DNA from: the human T2T-CHM13v2.0 reference genome, Homo sapiens | Length of the DNA: 64,000 nt | NCBI RefSeq assembly: GCF_009914755.1 | Contig: NC_060927.1 | Reading direction: 5' to 3' (one strand) | Shown: positions 12,811 through 30,265 of the stretch, piece after piece | How positions within the stretch are numbered: position 1 is the stretch's first letter | How the letters are laid out: each line of letters starts with the position of its first letter | Notes under the pieces: generated by a model | Database searches by the model: none | Seen by the model: only the letters and a program-made list of their open reading frames with translations | Told to the model about the DNA's origin: nothing | Position numbers and translations under genes: made by a program

Positions 12811-14794
12811 GTGAAAGAACACTAAACGTCAAAGAAACAAATCAGAAAAATGTAGGTGGTCATGCATTAGAAATATTTAGCCTGTGAAGTTTGTCTCTTC
12901 CTATTCTTGCGAACGAAATAGTTGTAAGGAGAATAAAATGAGGGGCAGAAAGAACTCATCCTTTATCCCATCTGGAGAGCTTGTACAAAGAGAGACTTAG
13001 AAGAAAGGACAAGAAAACATGCTGGGGTCACAGAAGGAAACTGAGTTGAAAGGAGGGAAAAAATCTGCATTCCGAGTCATTTGGAACAGAGAAGGAAGAG
13101 AGACATTATCTGAAGACCATGTTCACCAGAGGCAAAAAGGCTGAAAAAGAAATCGACATCTGTGAAAGGCTCGTGCACCCCACATCTGAGGGGGCAGATG
13201 AAGATTGTTTATGTAGCACAAGAAGATGTTGGGAGAAGGAAGGAACAGGCTCACATGGAAACATATGCTCTCCGAAGCGACTTGAAAAATAAAGCATGCA
13301 GCCGAGAGAGAAACATCTGTGTTGCACACGGGCAGACCACCAGTAGTGAAGCAGACTAGGGGTAGAAGGAAAAGGCGTACACAAACAAGATCGGACATTA
13401 TGTCTTGTCAAAATGACATGTAAAGGCACTGGGTCTGCATCTCATTCTCTGGTGAGTTAATGGGAACTCAGCCACCTGGGGAAATCACGGATGAGTAAAT
13501 TAGCTGCTTTACTGTTTTCATAGTTTTGCAGAAATGACAAAGTGTTCACAGGTTTCTTCAGGGCTTTTTATTCCTGCTGGAAAAAAAATTCTTTAGAGTA
13601 CAGATTATTTATAGTTTTTGAGAAACATATTGTAGAGCTCTTATTCCAAATCTCCTGCAATAATAGACGCAGCTGGATTTCTCATCCTTTGACCACATTT
13701 TCAGTACATAATAGCTTTAGAAAAAATTATTTCACAATAGTCAATGATCGTAGGAATTTCATATAGAATTAACCAGATATCAGTTTCCATTAGGTATTAA
13801 GGGTTGACAATGTGAAATATTTATTTTAATGATACATACTAAATTTTTAAAACTATACTTAATAACTAAAACTAGTTATAAAATTTAATAGTTTCTTAAA
13901 TTATAGAAATAAATTTTCAAGTCTTTGCTATTCTCTTTATACTAACTCAATTTTATTGGTTAAACAAAAAGTTAAACATTTTTAAAAAGGCCAAATGACA
14001 ATTGACTATTGGATTACATATAGCTTACACTATAATTTTATTATGTTGTAATTTGCTATGACTTTATATATATATACATCTGTAAGTTTATATAAAACAT
14101 ATAGTCATATTCATCTTTACACAGACATATACATAGCATAATTTTATATGCAGATATAATTTTTATTATAAATACCAACTTATTTTTAAAAGTGAGGGTC
14201 TCAGATAAGGAAGCCAAAATGAAAAGAGAGAAGTAACTTCAAGTATGTGGTATCTGATATCCACTGCACAATTCCTGAAATGATTTTTTTTTAAATTACA
14301 TAAACATGTAGAAAACACAAATATTTAAGGACAGAAAATTATTGAAATTATAAAAATACGTTTTGTGGTATCTTGATAGTATAAGAATGTCAAAGAGCTA
14401 AGCATACACAACAATCAGAGAGAAAAAAGTAACTGCAGGGTAAATATAGAAACCATAGAGTACCTTTAGAATAAGTGTACGGTAAGCGTGAATCAACCAC
14501 GGCTGAGAAAAATAAACTGAAATAAAAATCCATTGGTCTATATTGCAGAGATAATAAACCAGATCCTGGTAAAATCCCAAAAGTTAAATTGGTGATGTTC
14601 AGTTTTTACAACATCTTGGTATCATTCCTGCCTTTCTCTCTAAACAAGTGCCCACTGCCCAACACTCCATTAGGTTGTTGTGAGTGTAATTCACAAAACT
14701 TTTCTTTCTCTTCATTCACCTACTCTTCATATTACCACTCTTATGTATTACTTCTTCAGCACTCCTTGATATCTGCTGTGGAAGGAAAGGTGAA

Positions 14795-14995
14795 CTAACA
14801 TTTATTAGGAGCTTACTAATTACCAACTTTTTAATGTGTTATCTTAATTCTTATGACAACCTTATAAGGTTTTATTTTTTTCTTTTTTAAAGACATGGAA
14901 GCTAATACTTGAATATAGTAGTGAGATAAAATAATGAATTAAGACTTAAAACAGATATGTCTAACTTCAAATATCATGTTTTTTCTCTCACACTA
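14795..14995 (-). mobile_element. MIR fragment
   Basis: 'aacatttattaggagcttacta', 'attcttatgacaaccttataagg', 'acatggaagcta'. Confidence 0.55.
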
Positions 14996-15600
14996 TATTG
15001 CCTATCTAATAAATTACTCCTGACTGCATTATTAATATCTAATAATGACATGTCATGATTCCAAATTATCATTGTCAAATGCCAACCAGTTCAAAAAGAG
15101 TCTTCTTTTGCATTCCTCTAACTATTCAAGTGATATATGCTCACTATAGAAATTTATAAAATATAAAATAACATAAAGACAGAAGAAATGTTGCTGTAAC
15201 AAATCACACAGAGGGGAAAGTCAGTCACTGCTAACATTTTAGAATAACACCTTTAGTTCTTTTCTGCTCCTTCTGTATGTTGTGCTCCTTTTTAAAATCT
15301 ACAAAAACAACTGATATATTTGAAAAATTTCAAGCAGAATAGTAATCCTTTGAAAAATGTCACTTTGATAAAGTATTTCCCAGTGTCTCAATCACCTATT
15401 TCATTTAATGGTGAAATTTTCACCAGCAAATAGCCCAATTCTAATATTCAAATAAAGGAAGACTAGAGATTGACTTACAGAATGGTGGAATGAAAATCTC
15501 AGTGAAACACTCAGTCTCTCACAAAAACAACAAAATACTGACAAAACAATAAAAGTAATCATTTCTAGAACTCCAGAAATTAACCAAAGCCAAAAAACTA

Positions 15601-16117
15601 TGTTATAAGGCCAATATATTAGAACAGACATTTTAAGGCCATGTGCTGCCTTATTTTCTTTGAGCCTTATAGGGCCCAAAGGCTCAGCAATGGGTTTGCT
15701 TGATCTTGGCAGATATGCCTCCCTCCCAGCAGGACAGGTTCCTCACTGAGGTGATTCTCTATCCACTGCATCAGCTGCATTCTACCTGGCCCTCTACCTA
15801 ACCAGTTTCACCTCCTTTCCAGCCTGCAAAATTATTCAAATGAGCCAATCACATTTTCCTGTCAGAAATAAGGAGCACACCATCCTTCTGTTATTACAAA
15901 GCTTGTCCTTCACAGTCCTTTCTGGTTCACTCTATTTCCAAGCACCACTCCCATGTGGCATATGGTGTTCTCCCTCCCCAGGCTGAGTATATGTAACTAA
16001 TAAGCTGCTCCCAGTCTCATCTGCCCAGCGTCAAATGTAATGTATTTGGCCATTTTGTATTGTTTAGCGCAAAGGAACCCTCCTTCACCCATGGGGTCAA
16101 TGGGAGTGATCAGAATA
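15601..16117 (+). mobile_element. ERVL LTR, MER74/MER73-like
   Basis: CCAAT box, 'gagtatatgtaactaataagctgct...ctcatctgcccagcgtc', end 'ggggtcaatgggagtgatcagaata'; family assigned from recalled consensus. Confidence 0.6.
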
Positions 16118-16563
16118 TAAATAAACTGAAAATCATCTATGCAAGAGAAAATACTGAATCTCTTTAGACAACAGGCATCTGTGACATTTAGATTGGGCTA
16201 TTTCCACTCCCCAGCTCTCCACATCTCAGTAGTGCAATACCGTGAAAAGCCAGCCATCTTGCAGCCAAGATGGAACTGCACTCTCTTGGAACTCAAAAAA
16301 CAAAAACAAATAAACAAAAAAACAGCATTCATCCTCAGAACACAGTAGGTATAATGTCCAAACATCCAGCTCCATGGAAAATTTCTTTTCTCAGAATGTT
16401 ATGACTATTAGATTTAACCCAGATTTCAGCTTAGCCAAGGTAAAGAGGAGGGGAGTACTATCCCCAGGTCATTACTGAAACCATGTCAAACTGCTCACAA
16501 TATTGCAGCAGCAACCAAATTTGGACAGTAGAGGGAGGTCCGATAACAAGGTTGTTACAATAT

Positions 16564-16984
16564 TATTATGGACTGAAAGTCTGTATCTTCCCCAAAATTC
16601 ATATGTTGAAGCCCTAGCATCCAGTGTGACTAGATTTGGAGATGGGCTTCTAAAATAATAATCAAGGTAATTGAAGTAAAATGAAGTCATAAGTGTGGGG
16701 GACCCTAATCTGACAAGATTAGTATCTTTGTGAGAAGAGACACTCTCTATATATAAAACTCTTTTTCTGTTGCCCATATGCACAAAGCAAGGAAAGGCCA
16801 TGTGACCTCACAGAGAAAAGGTAGCCAACCACCAACCAAGAGGAGAACCCTTACAAGGCACTAATGCCTGCTGGCACCTTGATCTTGGACTTCCAGTCTC
16901 CAGAACTGTGAGAAAATAAATTTCTGTTGTTTATGTCACCCAGTCTATGATACTTTGTTTTGACAGACAAAGCAAACTAATATA
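16564..16984 (+). mobile_element. MLT1 (MLT1B-like) MaLR solo LTR
   Basis: 'tattatggactgaa...ccccaaaattcatatgttgaagccct', 'ggcaccttgatcttggacttccagtctccagaactgtgagaaaataaatttctgttgttt'. Confidence 0.88.
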
Positions 16985-18899
16985 GATTTATTAGCTAGAA
17001 TATCAAGTTTTCAAAAAAAATATGAGATATATAAAATAAAACAAGAAAGTGTGCCCCATAAAAGAGCAAAAATCAGCCAACAGATCATTTCCCTGAGGGG
17101 ACCTAGATTTTTGACTTAGTAGATAAAGATTTTAAATCACCTTTTTAAAATGTGTTCAAATTACTTAAGGCAATCATATCTAAAGAACTCAAGAGAACGA
17201 TGACAATCATGTTTCACTGAGAGTATCCATAAAGAGATATAATTTTTCTGAAAAGAACCACATAGAAGTAATTCTGCAGCCCAAAGATAAAATAACAAAA
17301 AAGAATAAATTATTAGATGGGCTCAAAATCAGACTCTCACTGGCAGAAGAAAAAGATCAACAAAATTGACAGTTTAAGAGATTATCCGTTTTGAAAGGCA
17401 GAGAAAAAAGCAATGAAGAAAATAAACAGGACCTCACAGACCTGATGGATATCATCCAGCATATTAACATGCACATAATGGGAATCTCATTAATAGAAAA
17501 GAAAGAAGAAGAAATGATATTTGAAGAAGTGATGGTCAAAAATTCCAAATTTGATGAGAAATATTAATCAACACACCCTAGAAACTCAATGAGTTCCAAG
17601 TAAAACAATCCCCCAAAAAATCACCACATCCAGACATGTTATAGTCTAATTGAGAAAAGTCAAAAAAAGAGAGAAAATTTTGAAAATAACAAAAGAAAAA
17701 TGACTTATTATATACAACTAATCCTCAAGATTAATGGCTATGTTTTATCAGAAACCATGGAGTCTATAAAGCAGTGGGATAAAATATTCAAAGTTCTGGA
17801 AAAATAAAATTTACAAACTAATAATTCTATATCCAGTAACATTATCCTTCAAAAATGAAGAAATTATGGCATTTCCATAAGAACAAAAACAAAGAACTTG
17901 CGATTAGGAATTCTGCCCTGTGAATATCATTTGAGTGCATCCTTCAAGCTAAAATGAGAGGACACTAGACAGTAACTTGAGTCCACACAAATAAATTTAA
18001 AAGCATCAATAAAAGTAACTATATAGGCAAATATAAAAGAGAGAATAAATGTCTTTCTGTTTGTAACTTTTCCATGATCTTACTTAAAAGACAATTGTAT
18101 GAAACTATAATGATAAAATTTTGCTGATGGGCTTATGACATCTAAAGTGTAATTTGTATAATAATTGTAGCACAAAGAAAGATAATATATCTCTGTTATA
18201 GCAAAATGTTTGTATGCTATTGAAATTAAGTTGGTATAAATTTCAATTAGATTGTTTTAGGATACTAATTATTAGTTATAATCTCAGGCAATCACTAAAA
18301 AAACACTAAAAACTTTAAAAACAAGGAAATTAAAATGACATATAGAAACTGTATTTTAAACACAAAAGGAGACAGTAATGGAGGAAACAAAAAAAGATAA
18401 TAAGACATACTGAAAACAAGCAGCAAAACATTTAATGTAAATCCTTCCTTATTTATAATTGTAATAAATATAAATGGAGTAATCTCTTCAATCAAAAGGC
18501 AGAGATCAGAGGGTGGATTTTTAAAAATCTCATATGTTTTTGATATCTATGAAAGGCACACTTTAGATTCAAAAGCACAAGTAAATTGAATGTAAAAGGG
18601 TGGAAAATATAACAAAAAAAAAGCTTAGAGAACTACATTAATATTAGACAAAATAGACCATAGAGAAAAAATTGCTTCTAGAGATACAGATATTTTTAAA
18701 TGATAGATCAATCTACTAGGAAGTATAAATCTATATGCACCTAACAACAGAATTCCAAAATAAATGATGCACAAAAAGACAGAATTGTAAGAACAAATAG
18801 AAAAGATAACAGTATTAGTTAGAGATATCAGTATCTTACTTTCAATATTAGATAGAAATTTGATGAAGGGCAACTTCACTTGTTAATTAGAGGCACCAT

Positions 18900-19600
18900 G
18901 AAAATGCCTGCTTTCTGGTATAGGATGCCTACACCAAGCAAGCTTTTTCACACATCATCTCCTTTACTTCCATCATATCCATCATCATATCTCAACATAT
19001 ACCTTAAATTCATTGACTTGTTCTCTGTATAAATAGTGTCACCACCCTAGTCCAAGCTACTATAATCTTTCCTTAGCCTAGCCTAATATATTCTTATACC
19101 AATATCTCTCACTTATCTCTTTTCCTCTTCCTGTTAATTTTTCACACAACAGTTAGTGCCATGAAATTTTTATTTTTATTTTTGTATCATAGCACTACAC
19201 CTGAAACACTTTATAAGCTTTTCATTGTATTTAAAATAAATTTAATTTTTTTTTCCATGGACTACAGAGATCTGCATTACCTTGGCCTGCCTAATTCTCC
19301 AAACTAATTTTAAATTTCTGATTCTTCATCTTCTTGCCACATGACGTCTTTCTGTTTATCAAACCCACCAAGCTGTTTTTCAGCTTTACTTTCAATCTTG
19401 CTAGTCCTTCCATGAGATATCCATCAAATCTCAGCTTAAAGATACTCTTCCCCAGAGAGATATTTCTTAATCCAAACCACATCCCTTTGCCACTCTCTTT
19501 CACTGGTCTCTACACATTTTTTTTTTCCATCATAGGGCTTATTACTCTTTCTTATTACATATTTGTTAGTGATATTACTTGAAAACTGAATTCAGTATTC
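18900..19600 (+). mobile_element. L2 fragment
   Basis: 'ccaccctagtccaagctactat', 'ctcagcttaaagatactcttccccagagaga'. Confidence 0.6.
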
Positions 19601-21142
19601 ATCTGTTTTACCTGATGTTTTTAAACAATTCAACCTAAGGCAAAATATATACCACAGAATTTAATTTAATATGGAAAAATAATTACAATGAACATAAATG
19701 CCTTCTAAATTATTCAGACTATACTTCTGTTCTGTGAATGATTCATGAATCTCTTTAGATTTATGTCACCTTTAAAATATGTTTTCTGGCTAAATTCTGC
19801 ATTGATATCTCTTTCCCTAGGATCAAAAATTATTTTTATCTCTGGTTATTCTATTTCCCTCACTGACAACATGCATAATCCTCAATATTCTAAATTTTAA
19901 AAAAATCATTCAAATATTCTTTAATCAGACCTTGAATGCATATCCTTTCATGCTCTTTATTATTAATAATGACAAATAGTTCATGATTTATGATCATTTC
20001 AGAGAAATTTTGAGGCACATTAAGGAACATTGGGCTAAGATCTTGAATTTCTCATCAAGTTGTACCTGTCAAGTGAGTACAACTAAAAATGAAAATGTAT
20101 GCCTATAAAAATGGTATATGTTTTAAACACTTCTCTTTTCTTAAAATGGTTGTAATAGTAACACTTTTTACAATAAAGCAGATTGAAACTTTTTCATGTA
20201 TTTTATTTCAATAAAATTTTAACAGTCTTTTCCATTTCTGCTTTTTGGAAGTTACAGTGACCTCCCTGGAAAATCTTTTTTCACTAAAAGTGATTGATCA
20301 AACAGAATGTTTGGCTAGAATAAAGTATGTTACATTTATTCACACTCCTTCAACATTTGGGGCCATTTAAACAACTTTTTCCGACTGACATCAATACATG
20401 AAATTGTGCACAGACATTATTTATCAGAAGTTAATTATATGCACCAATATTCTTTTGGAAGGAATATCTTCTGATTGTTTTTCACTTGCAGTGTACAAAA
20501 AGGGTATATCTTTTTAATTTGTAAAACTATATACCACTTATGTTGTATAAGAAGTTAGTTAATATCATATAATTTGCCACCATATAACTTACCATTATGT
20601 AATTGCCACATGGTCAGTGATTTCTATCTGCCTTGGCCAGAAAATGATTTTTTATGAAAACACATATATGCATGTCTACATGCATTAACAAGATATTTTG
20701 GTGAAAATATTTCATTAAAATTAGTATATGAGTAGAGGATGAATAATCAGGACTCTATATTTTAATGATCCTGTTCATCTGCTCTGTAATTGCTAGGCCA
20801 TAAATTTCAAATTCAGCATCTTTACTAATAACAACCAATCACTGGGATAATATTTAACTCTTAAGTGTACAATTTCCCCTGGAAAACATTAAAATTAATC
20901 TCAAAATATGTGTTCACCTATAATATAATGTTCTTAAATAATTCTTTTCTAAGAAAATTAAGATAATCTCTGACAATTCCTATATATCACATATACTTTT
21001 TAAATTTTTCAAATTCCAATTGACTTGAGGGAAATGACCCATTCTGTTGCTTAGTGGTAAATATAGACATCAAAAATATTCAGAGAGAATTCATCAATGC
21101 TCACTTCATCAGGACAGCAAAGAAACGATAAATAGAGAATAT

Positions 21143-22120
21143 GTGGGATGTTTTTCAAGATGGATGAGTAGGGACACTAGATACCAGTTTTCCTCAGAAG
21201 GAAGGTCAAAGTTACAGGTGAATGGTCATGATTCAAATGGAAAGCTGAAGGAAGAGAGCAGGAACTGTTAGAGAGCACTTGGAAAGATGCAGGGATGCAG
21301 AAAAGGAAAGAAGCAAGACTGGCAGAAATCAACCCCTGAGGAAATCCTAGTCCCTTAGAAAGGGGCTAGAACACCACCAGCACATTTTGTGATGGCTGCA
21401 CCGTGTTGAGGGTAAGCCTACCACCACATGGGCTTTCACAAATAGTGGGACCTGTCTGCCCCTCCCTACACAGAGCAGTAATATCTTAGGTGAAGGTGTA
21501 TTTCTGTACTCTCTCATTCTTGTGACAGTCTGCTGACTATCAAATTGTTAAGAAGCCCCTGCACCATCATGATCCTGGGCAATTCTGTCAATGGCAAGTT
21601 GGGAACTTCCCAGGGACAAAGCACCGGGTAGCAAGCTCACATATGTGTGCCTGCAATCTCCTCAGGTGCAAAAGGAGATGATGGGTGCCATACACTTGTG
21701 CACCCATGAGAGGCCACTGCCCTGCCTGGAGAATCTCAGCCCATGTGCCTCCACTAGATCTTCTGAAAATATACTCTAGAATCTACTCTGACTTTGGCAA
21801 GCACAGGGGATCAGTAGGTACCTGAGGAGCTATGGGACCCTTAGAGATTTAGCCCTTAAGCATGGCTGCCCCTAGGGGAGGGTGAAGCCCAGACTGCCAA
21901 AGCCCCCTTGAGATGAAAGAAACATGGGCATGGTGCCAGTTGATAAAGGGGACAACACTGATTGCCGGGAATGAACTTGGAGAGGGGTTCATCTCCCACT
22001 CACCCATTCACTGTTACAGACATAGTAGAGGATTACCCTACTGGGGGCTGGTATGAGTGACTTTGGAGACAACCTTACCAGTACTTCTTGTAGTAGCTGC
22101 ACCTCTGTTGACGGTGAGCC
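21143..22120 (+). mobile_element. 5' end / 5'UTR of an old L1 (L1PB/L1MA grade); host of the nested stack
   Basis: L1 5' signature caagatgg (YY1-type site) at 21156-21163 followed by a GC-richer UTR-like kb; same-orientation L1 ORF1 resumes at 32670. Confidence 0.62.
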
Positions 22121-22462
22121 TGAGGCAGGAAAATAGGGTCTGGAGGCAGGGAACATAAGGCTGATTCACACTTCAGCTATAACAGGAAATATCCTCTCCA
22201 CAGGGCAACACCCAGTAAATGACTTTGTAACTTTACTTCATCCTCTTCATTTACATAGGGCATACCCCAAATAGAGGGTATTTAAACTCACAGAAACTCC
22301 GTAACAGGGCCTTTGAGCCCCTAGGCTCAAGCTCACTCTCACACTGTGGAGTGTACTTTCATTTTCAATAAATACCCTCATTCCTTCTTTGCTTTGTTTG
22401 TGCATTTTGTCCAATTCTTTATTCAAGATGCCAAGAACCTGGACACCCCCCCACCATTAACA
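22121..22462 (+). mobile_element. MER61-family ERV1 5' LTR
   Basis: TG...CA termini; start 'tgaggcaggaaaatagggtctggaggcagggaac'; TATA-like tatttaaa; AATAAA; end 'gccaagaacctggacacc...taaca'; followed by a PBS. Confidence 0.88.
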
Positions 22463-22467
22463 TATTT

Positions 22468-22485
22468 TGGCAAGCCAGCCTGGAG
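22468..22485 (+). promoter_or_regulatory. Primer binding site, tRNA-Arg(ACG) type
   Basis: tggcaagccagcctggag versus TGGCGAGCCAGCCAGGAG (16/18), 5 nt after the LTR. Confidence 0.8.
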
Positions 22486-23061
22486 GAAGAGGTGAGCCCA
22501 AAGTTTGGGATTTATTCTTCTCCTTTTCCTTTCTGCTCCATACAAGGGAATCACCTTCTGCCTCTTTTCCTTTCCAACCTGGGACTCTTGGGCAGCGCCT
22601 AAACATGGAAGCAACTGCAGGTTTCTGTCCATGGCCAGTGAAACTAAGGGATTTCCATGTGGAGAAGCCTGACCACCACTGCCCAGTACACTTAAGGAAC
22701 CTGGGGCTTTTTCATTTTGTTTTCCTCTGTTTCTTTTTCAGTCTTTGAGTGGCTGTTTCCTAGTAGCTCCTTGGAAATTGAGGGCAATTTCCAGGGGTCA
22801 CTCCCTGGTATTGCCTGAAGGCCTAGGAGTGATTGGGAATACTTTCCCTGCCCCAAAGTGGGGACTTTTTAAAAATCTTTTCCAAGAATGGTCCCTGATC
22901 CCTACATGCTTAAAGCAAACTCGCACGTTTCAGGTGACTTAAACCTTCTTTTCTTATGCTAAATTCTTCCCTTCCCTTATTCAAGTGGCTAAGGGCAAAG
23001 GAAACCTACCCAGCCTCCAGTTCCTATCATTAAAGTTCATGGAATGGGAAGCATGGCAAAG

Positions 23062-23843
23062 TGAGAGACAGGACTAGCTGGATTTCCTAGGCCGACTAAG
23101 AATCCCTAAGCCTAGCTGGAAAGGTGACCGCATCCACCTTTAAACACGGGGCTTGCAACTTAGCTCACACCCGACCAATCAGGTAGTGAAGGGAGCTCAC
23201 TAAAATGCTAATTATGCAAAAACAGGAGGTAAAGAAATAGCCAATCATCTATTGCCTGAGAGCACAGCTGGAGGGACAATGATCAGGATATAAACCCAGG
23301 CATTCGAGGCAGCAATGGCTACCCTCTTTGGGTCCCCTCCCTTTGTATGGGAGCTCTGTTTTCACTCTATTAAATCTTGCAACTGCATTCTCTTCTGATC
23401 CGTGTTTGTTACGGCTGGAGCTGAGCTTTCGCTTGCCGTCCAACACTGCTGTTTGCCGCACTCACAGACCTGCCGCTGACTTCCATCCCTCCAGATCTGG
23501 CAGGGTGTCTGCTGTGCTCCTGATCAAGCGAGGTGCCCATTGCAGCTCCCCGATCAGGCTAAAGGCTCGCCATTGTTTCTGCACAGCTAAGTGCCTGGGT
23601 TCGTCCTAATCGAGCTGAACACTAGTCACTGGGTTCCACAGTTCTCTTCTGTGACCCACAGCTTCTAATAGAGCTATAACACTCACCGCATGGCCCAAGA
23701 TTCCATTCCTTGAAATCCGTGAGGCCAAGAACCCCAGGTCAGAGAACATGAGGTTTGCCACCATCTTGGAAGTAGCCCGCCGCCATTTTGGAAGTGGCCT
23801 CCCACCAACTTGGGAGCTCTGTGGGCAAGGACCCCTGGTAACA
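23062..23843 (+). mobile_element. LTR17 (HERV-W) full-length solo LTR
   Basis: Start 'tgagagacaggactagctggatttcctaggccgactaagaatccctaagcctagctgg'; end 'caaggacccctggtaaca'; 782 bp; 4 bp TSD AAAG; CCAAT at 23175 and 23241, TATAAA at 23289, ATTAAA at 23369. Confidence 0.95.
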
Positions 23844-26792
23844 AAAGTATGACTTTATCAAATCATAAGGATGCTAAAAAATCAAAGATTATAACCAGGT
23901 ACCAAAGGAAAGCTCATAGTAGGCTCTGGAGGGAATGCATGCAAAGTGGCACCAGTACCCACCTAAGGCCAGAGGTGATGTCTGGAACTCTAAGATTGGA
24001 CCCCACAGGAGGACGCTCCAGAGGATCCTCCGGATCTCAAACTCTCCAAAGAGGACACTCTTGACAGAGGTTCTGAGGTCTAATAATAAGCCCTCTTTAG
24101 AATTTTCTCTCGAAGTTGCAAGGCTGCTTGGCCCCAAAGTTGTTTAGAATCTGAAGTTAACTGTTTAATGGGAAAGTGGGATGGCCTTGCATATATCCAG
24201 GCTTTTGTACTGCTGTTCTAAGCAGAGGGCCCGGTTAACGTGTGATGCCCTCCTTTGGTACTGTTTTGCCCCAGTGTTCCTTGGAGTCTGGGAAGGTTTA
24301 GCCTTAAAAAAACAAACTGCCATGGAGACTGCTTTACCCAAAATTTTGGTTCACAGCCTTCCTTGGATTATCTACTGGGGCAAAGTAAAACTCACAAGCT
24401 TATATTGTTATCTCATGGCTAAGGTTCCAAGCTATTGGATCTTTGTTTATGTGTGTGTATACATGTCTAGATGTGTTTATTTGTATGTACACTTATTGTT
24501 TATGTTGTGTCTACCAAATTGGCTTATAAGTAAAAGAGCACTCATAAATTAAGTAAATAAGTCTAAGCAATTTTCAAGTTCACGTAACTTAAGTATAACT
24601 TTGCTAAACAAACTAGCTTTAAAATTATTGGAGGAATAAAAATAGAAAGGCCTTCCGAATTGTAAGCATACATTTTGTCTGAATTTTATGTCTGTCTTTG
24701 CTAGATATTTTGAAATGACAGTGTTAATTCAAGCTGGAAGCTGCATGAGGTGAGCCTGCCTCCCATTCTATTCAAAGTCTCACTGAGATAAATGCATATC
24801 TGATTGCTTCCTTTCGAAAGGCTAATCAGAGACTCAGAAGAATGCAACCATTTGTCTCCCACCTCTGATCTGAAAGCCCCGAACCCCCTCCCCACCTTGG
24901 ATTGTCCCACTTTTCCGGACCAAACCAATGTTTGTTTTACATATGTTAATTGATGTCTTATGTCTCACTAGTTAGAAGTAAAAATTAAGTACAGCGAATA
25001 GGATAAATGTTCTAGTAAACTTTTTGTGTAAGTTAAAATCTTAAAGTTATTTTGATACTCATTTAATATCTCGGTCATTTCCAATTTAAAAAGCGCTGTG
25101 ATAGGGGAAAACTGTTTCTAAAATTGTGAAATTGTTTTTATGTATAAATGCCCATATCTGATAGTTCAGGATTTCTTGCTTTTTAGGGTTTCACTAAAGT
25201 TTTAGGTTGCTAACAATAAAAAATTTTAGTTAACACACAATTCTGTATACAACATGTGCCAGAAAGAATTATATTATTAGTGGAAAAAATAATTTTGTCT
25301 AATTCAGAAGTCATCTAAAAGTTAGTTCAAATTACAAATTTGAAAAGGTTATTTATAAAACAATGTGGTAAGGAATCATTAAGTAGGGGAGAAAGATGTG
25401 GAAAAAGTTTAAATAATAAAATATTCTTTAAATCCTGATAGAGAATTGGAGACATTTGGCTAATTAATATTTTCACAGATAAAGCTCTTAGTCTTAATCA
25501 AAATAATAAGTATTATAAATAAATGCATCAGCAATTGGGCAATTCTTTTTTAATATAGTAAGCATGAAGCTGGATTTAGTGTGGAGTCAAATTTCACATT
25601 CATGCTTGCATTTCTTCACACTATGTTTAATTTACTGTTTTGCATGGATAGTGCTAGAGTACATATTGGTCACCTGCCTAAAGTGGATTTCTTGATTGCA
25701 CAGAATGTATAATGATATTGGTGAACTTAAGGATATTGAATTGTGTAATCAGGAGTAAAATATTCAATATGTGGGGTTTTGAGGGCCGTAGATAACACTG
25801 TAGTCTCCAGGGTAAGTTGAGTAGGAAAATGTAGGGGTGGTTTCCTGTTTTTTTGTTTTTGCTTCTAATTTTCATTCATTTGCTGTTCATTCTCCTCTGG
25901 CTTTGCCTGTGTATCCATATATATAAAACCATGACGCTTTTTAGATTCTAGTGGAAGGCTTTTATTTGGTTCTGTGAATAGTTATTTTGTTTCCTATGCA
26001 TTTCTAGCAAGTCAGCACCCATTCAATTTATCTGGAGTTACTAAGCTACCTTTGTTGGGCTGCAGGAATTAATGGAGCACACCAGCTTTTTATCCTTAAA
26101 CTAACTGTTTGGATTTTAGGCTTCCTGATACTTTAAGTGTGTTGAGTATATTCTTACAAGTATAATTTAAGTCATATTTCTCTCTCTGCCTAGTTTCTCC
26201 AAAATCTGTAAACTATCTATGAATATTCTAAATTCATGGCAATGTGTTTGTCTGCATACCATCAAGCAGGGTCACCAGGGCCACTCAGGGAGAGATAACC
26301 CAGAAGCCTGGCATGCCAGCAAAAGGGTAAGAATTTCTTACCGGGCAGTCTCTGGCCTCTTTCTGTCTGTGCAGACTGGTTAATCACCTCTTTGAAGTTT
26401 TAAATTAATTGGTTTAATAATAATAAGAGCTTAAATCAGGTATTTTGTCAGAAAAGTAGAAAGTGTTATGCGTTTTAGTTCATGTGACTTTAGCAATATT
26501 TGGGAAATAAGGACGGTTTTCAAGATTATTAGTAAAATACAAATTTCTTCACAATGTAAACGTGGTCTAAATTATGTTCAAATATTAGGTTTGCTAAATG
26601 CTTTAAGGTCATAAACTGCTTCTTTGGCTTTTGAAAATTGTTTAACTTGCCTGCTCTCCAGCTAGGTAAAGCCTGGGGACATGTGTGCTTTGCCACATCC
26701 GCGGCTATGCTGGAGATAGTCAAATCTTATCAGAACACAACTTACCAGGTCTTATTATAAAATTTGCAATCATAACATACAATTAAGACCAC

Positions 26793-30265
<3,473 letters not shown>

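Larger units (their letters stand above)
15460..18860 (+). mobile_element. Old L1M 5' region / ORF1 / start of ORF2, interrupted by two LTRs
   Basis: ORF1-like 'aattccaaatttgatgagaaatattaa', 'tcagaaaccatggag', 'aattctatatccagtaacattatccttcaaaaatgaag'; endonuclease-like 'aatctatatgcacctaacaacagaattccaaaata'. Confidence 0.72.

Noticed and set aside
13106-13429. Overlapping 65-107 aa ORFs on both strands
   Set aside because: No recognisable domain; the composition reflects purine/pyrimidine strand bias
22190-22275. p53 response element expected in some MER61 LTRs
   Set aside because: Only degenerate half-sites (gggcataccc, gggcaacacc) lacking the CWWG core; no intact site
22423-24552. ORFs in the ERV leader and LTR17 as possible gag or novel proteins
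   Set aside because: No Gag motifs (MHR, CCHC); they lie in LTR or leader sequence and are short
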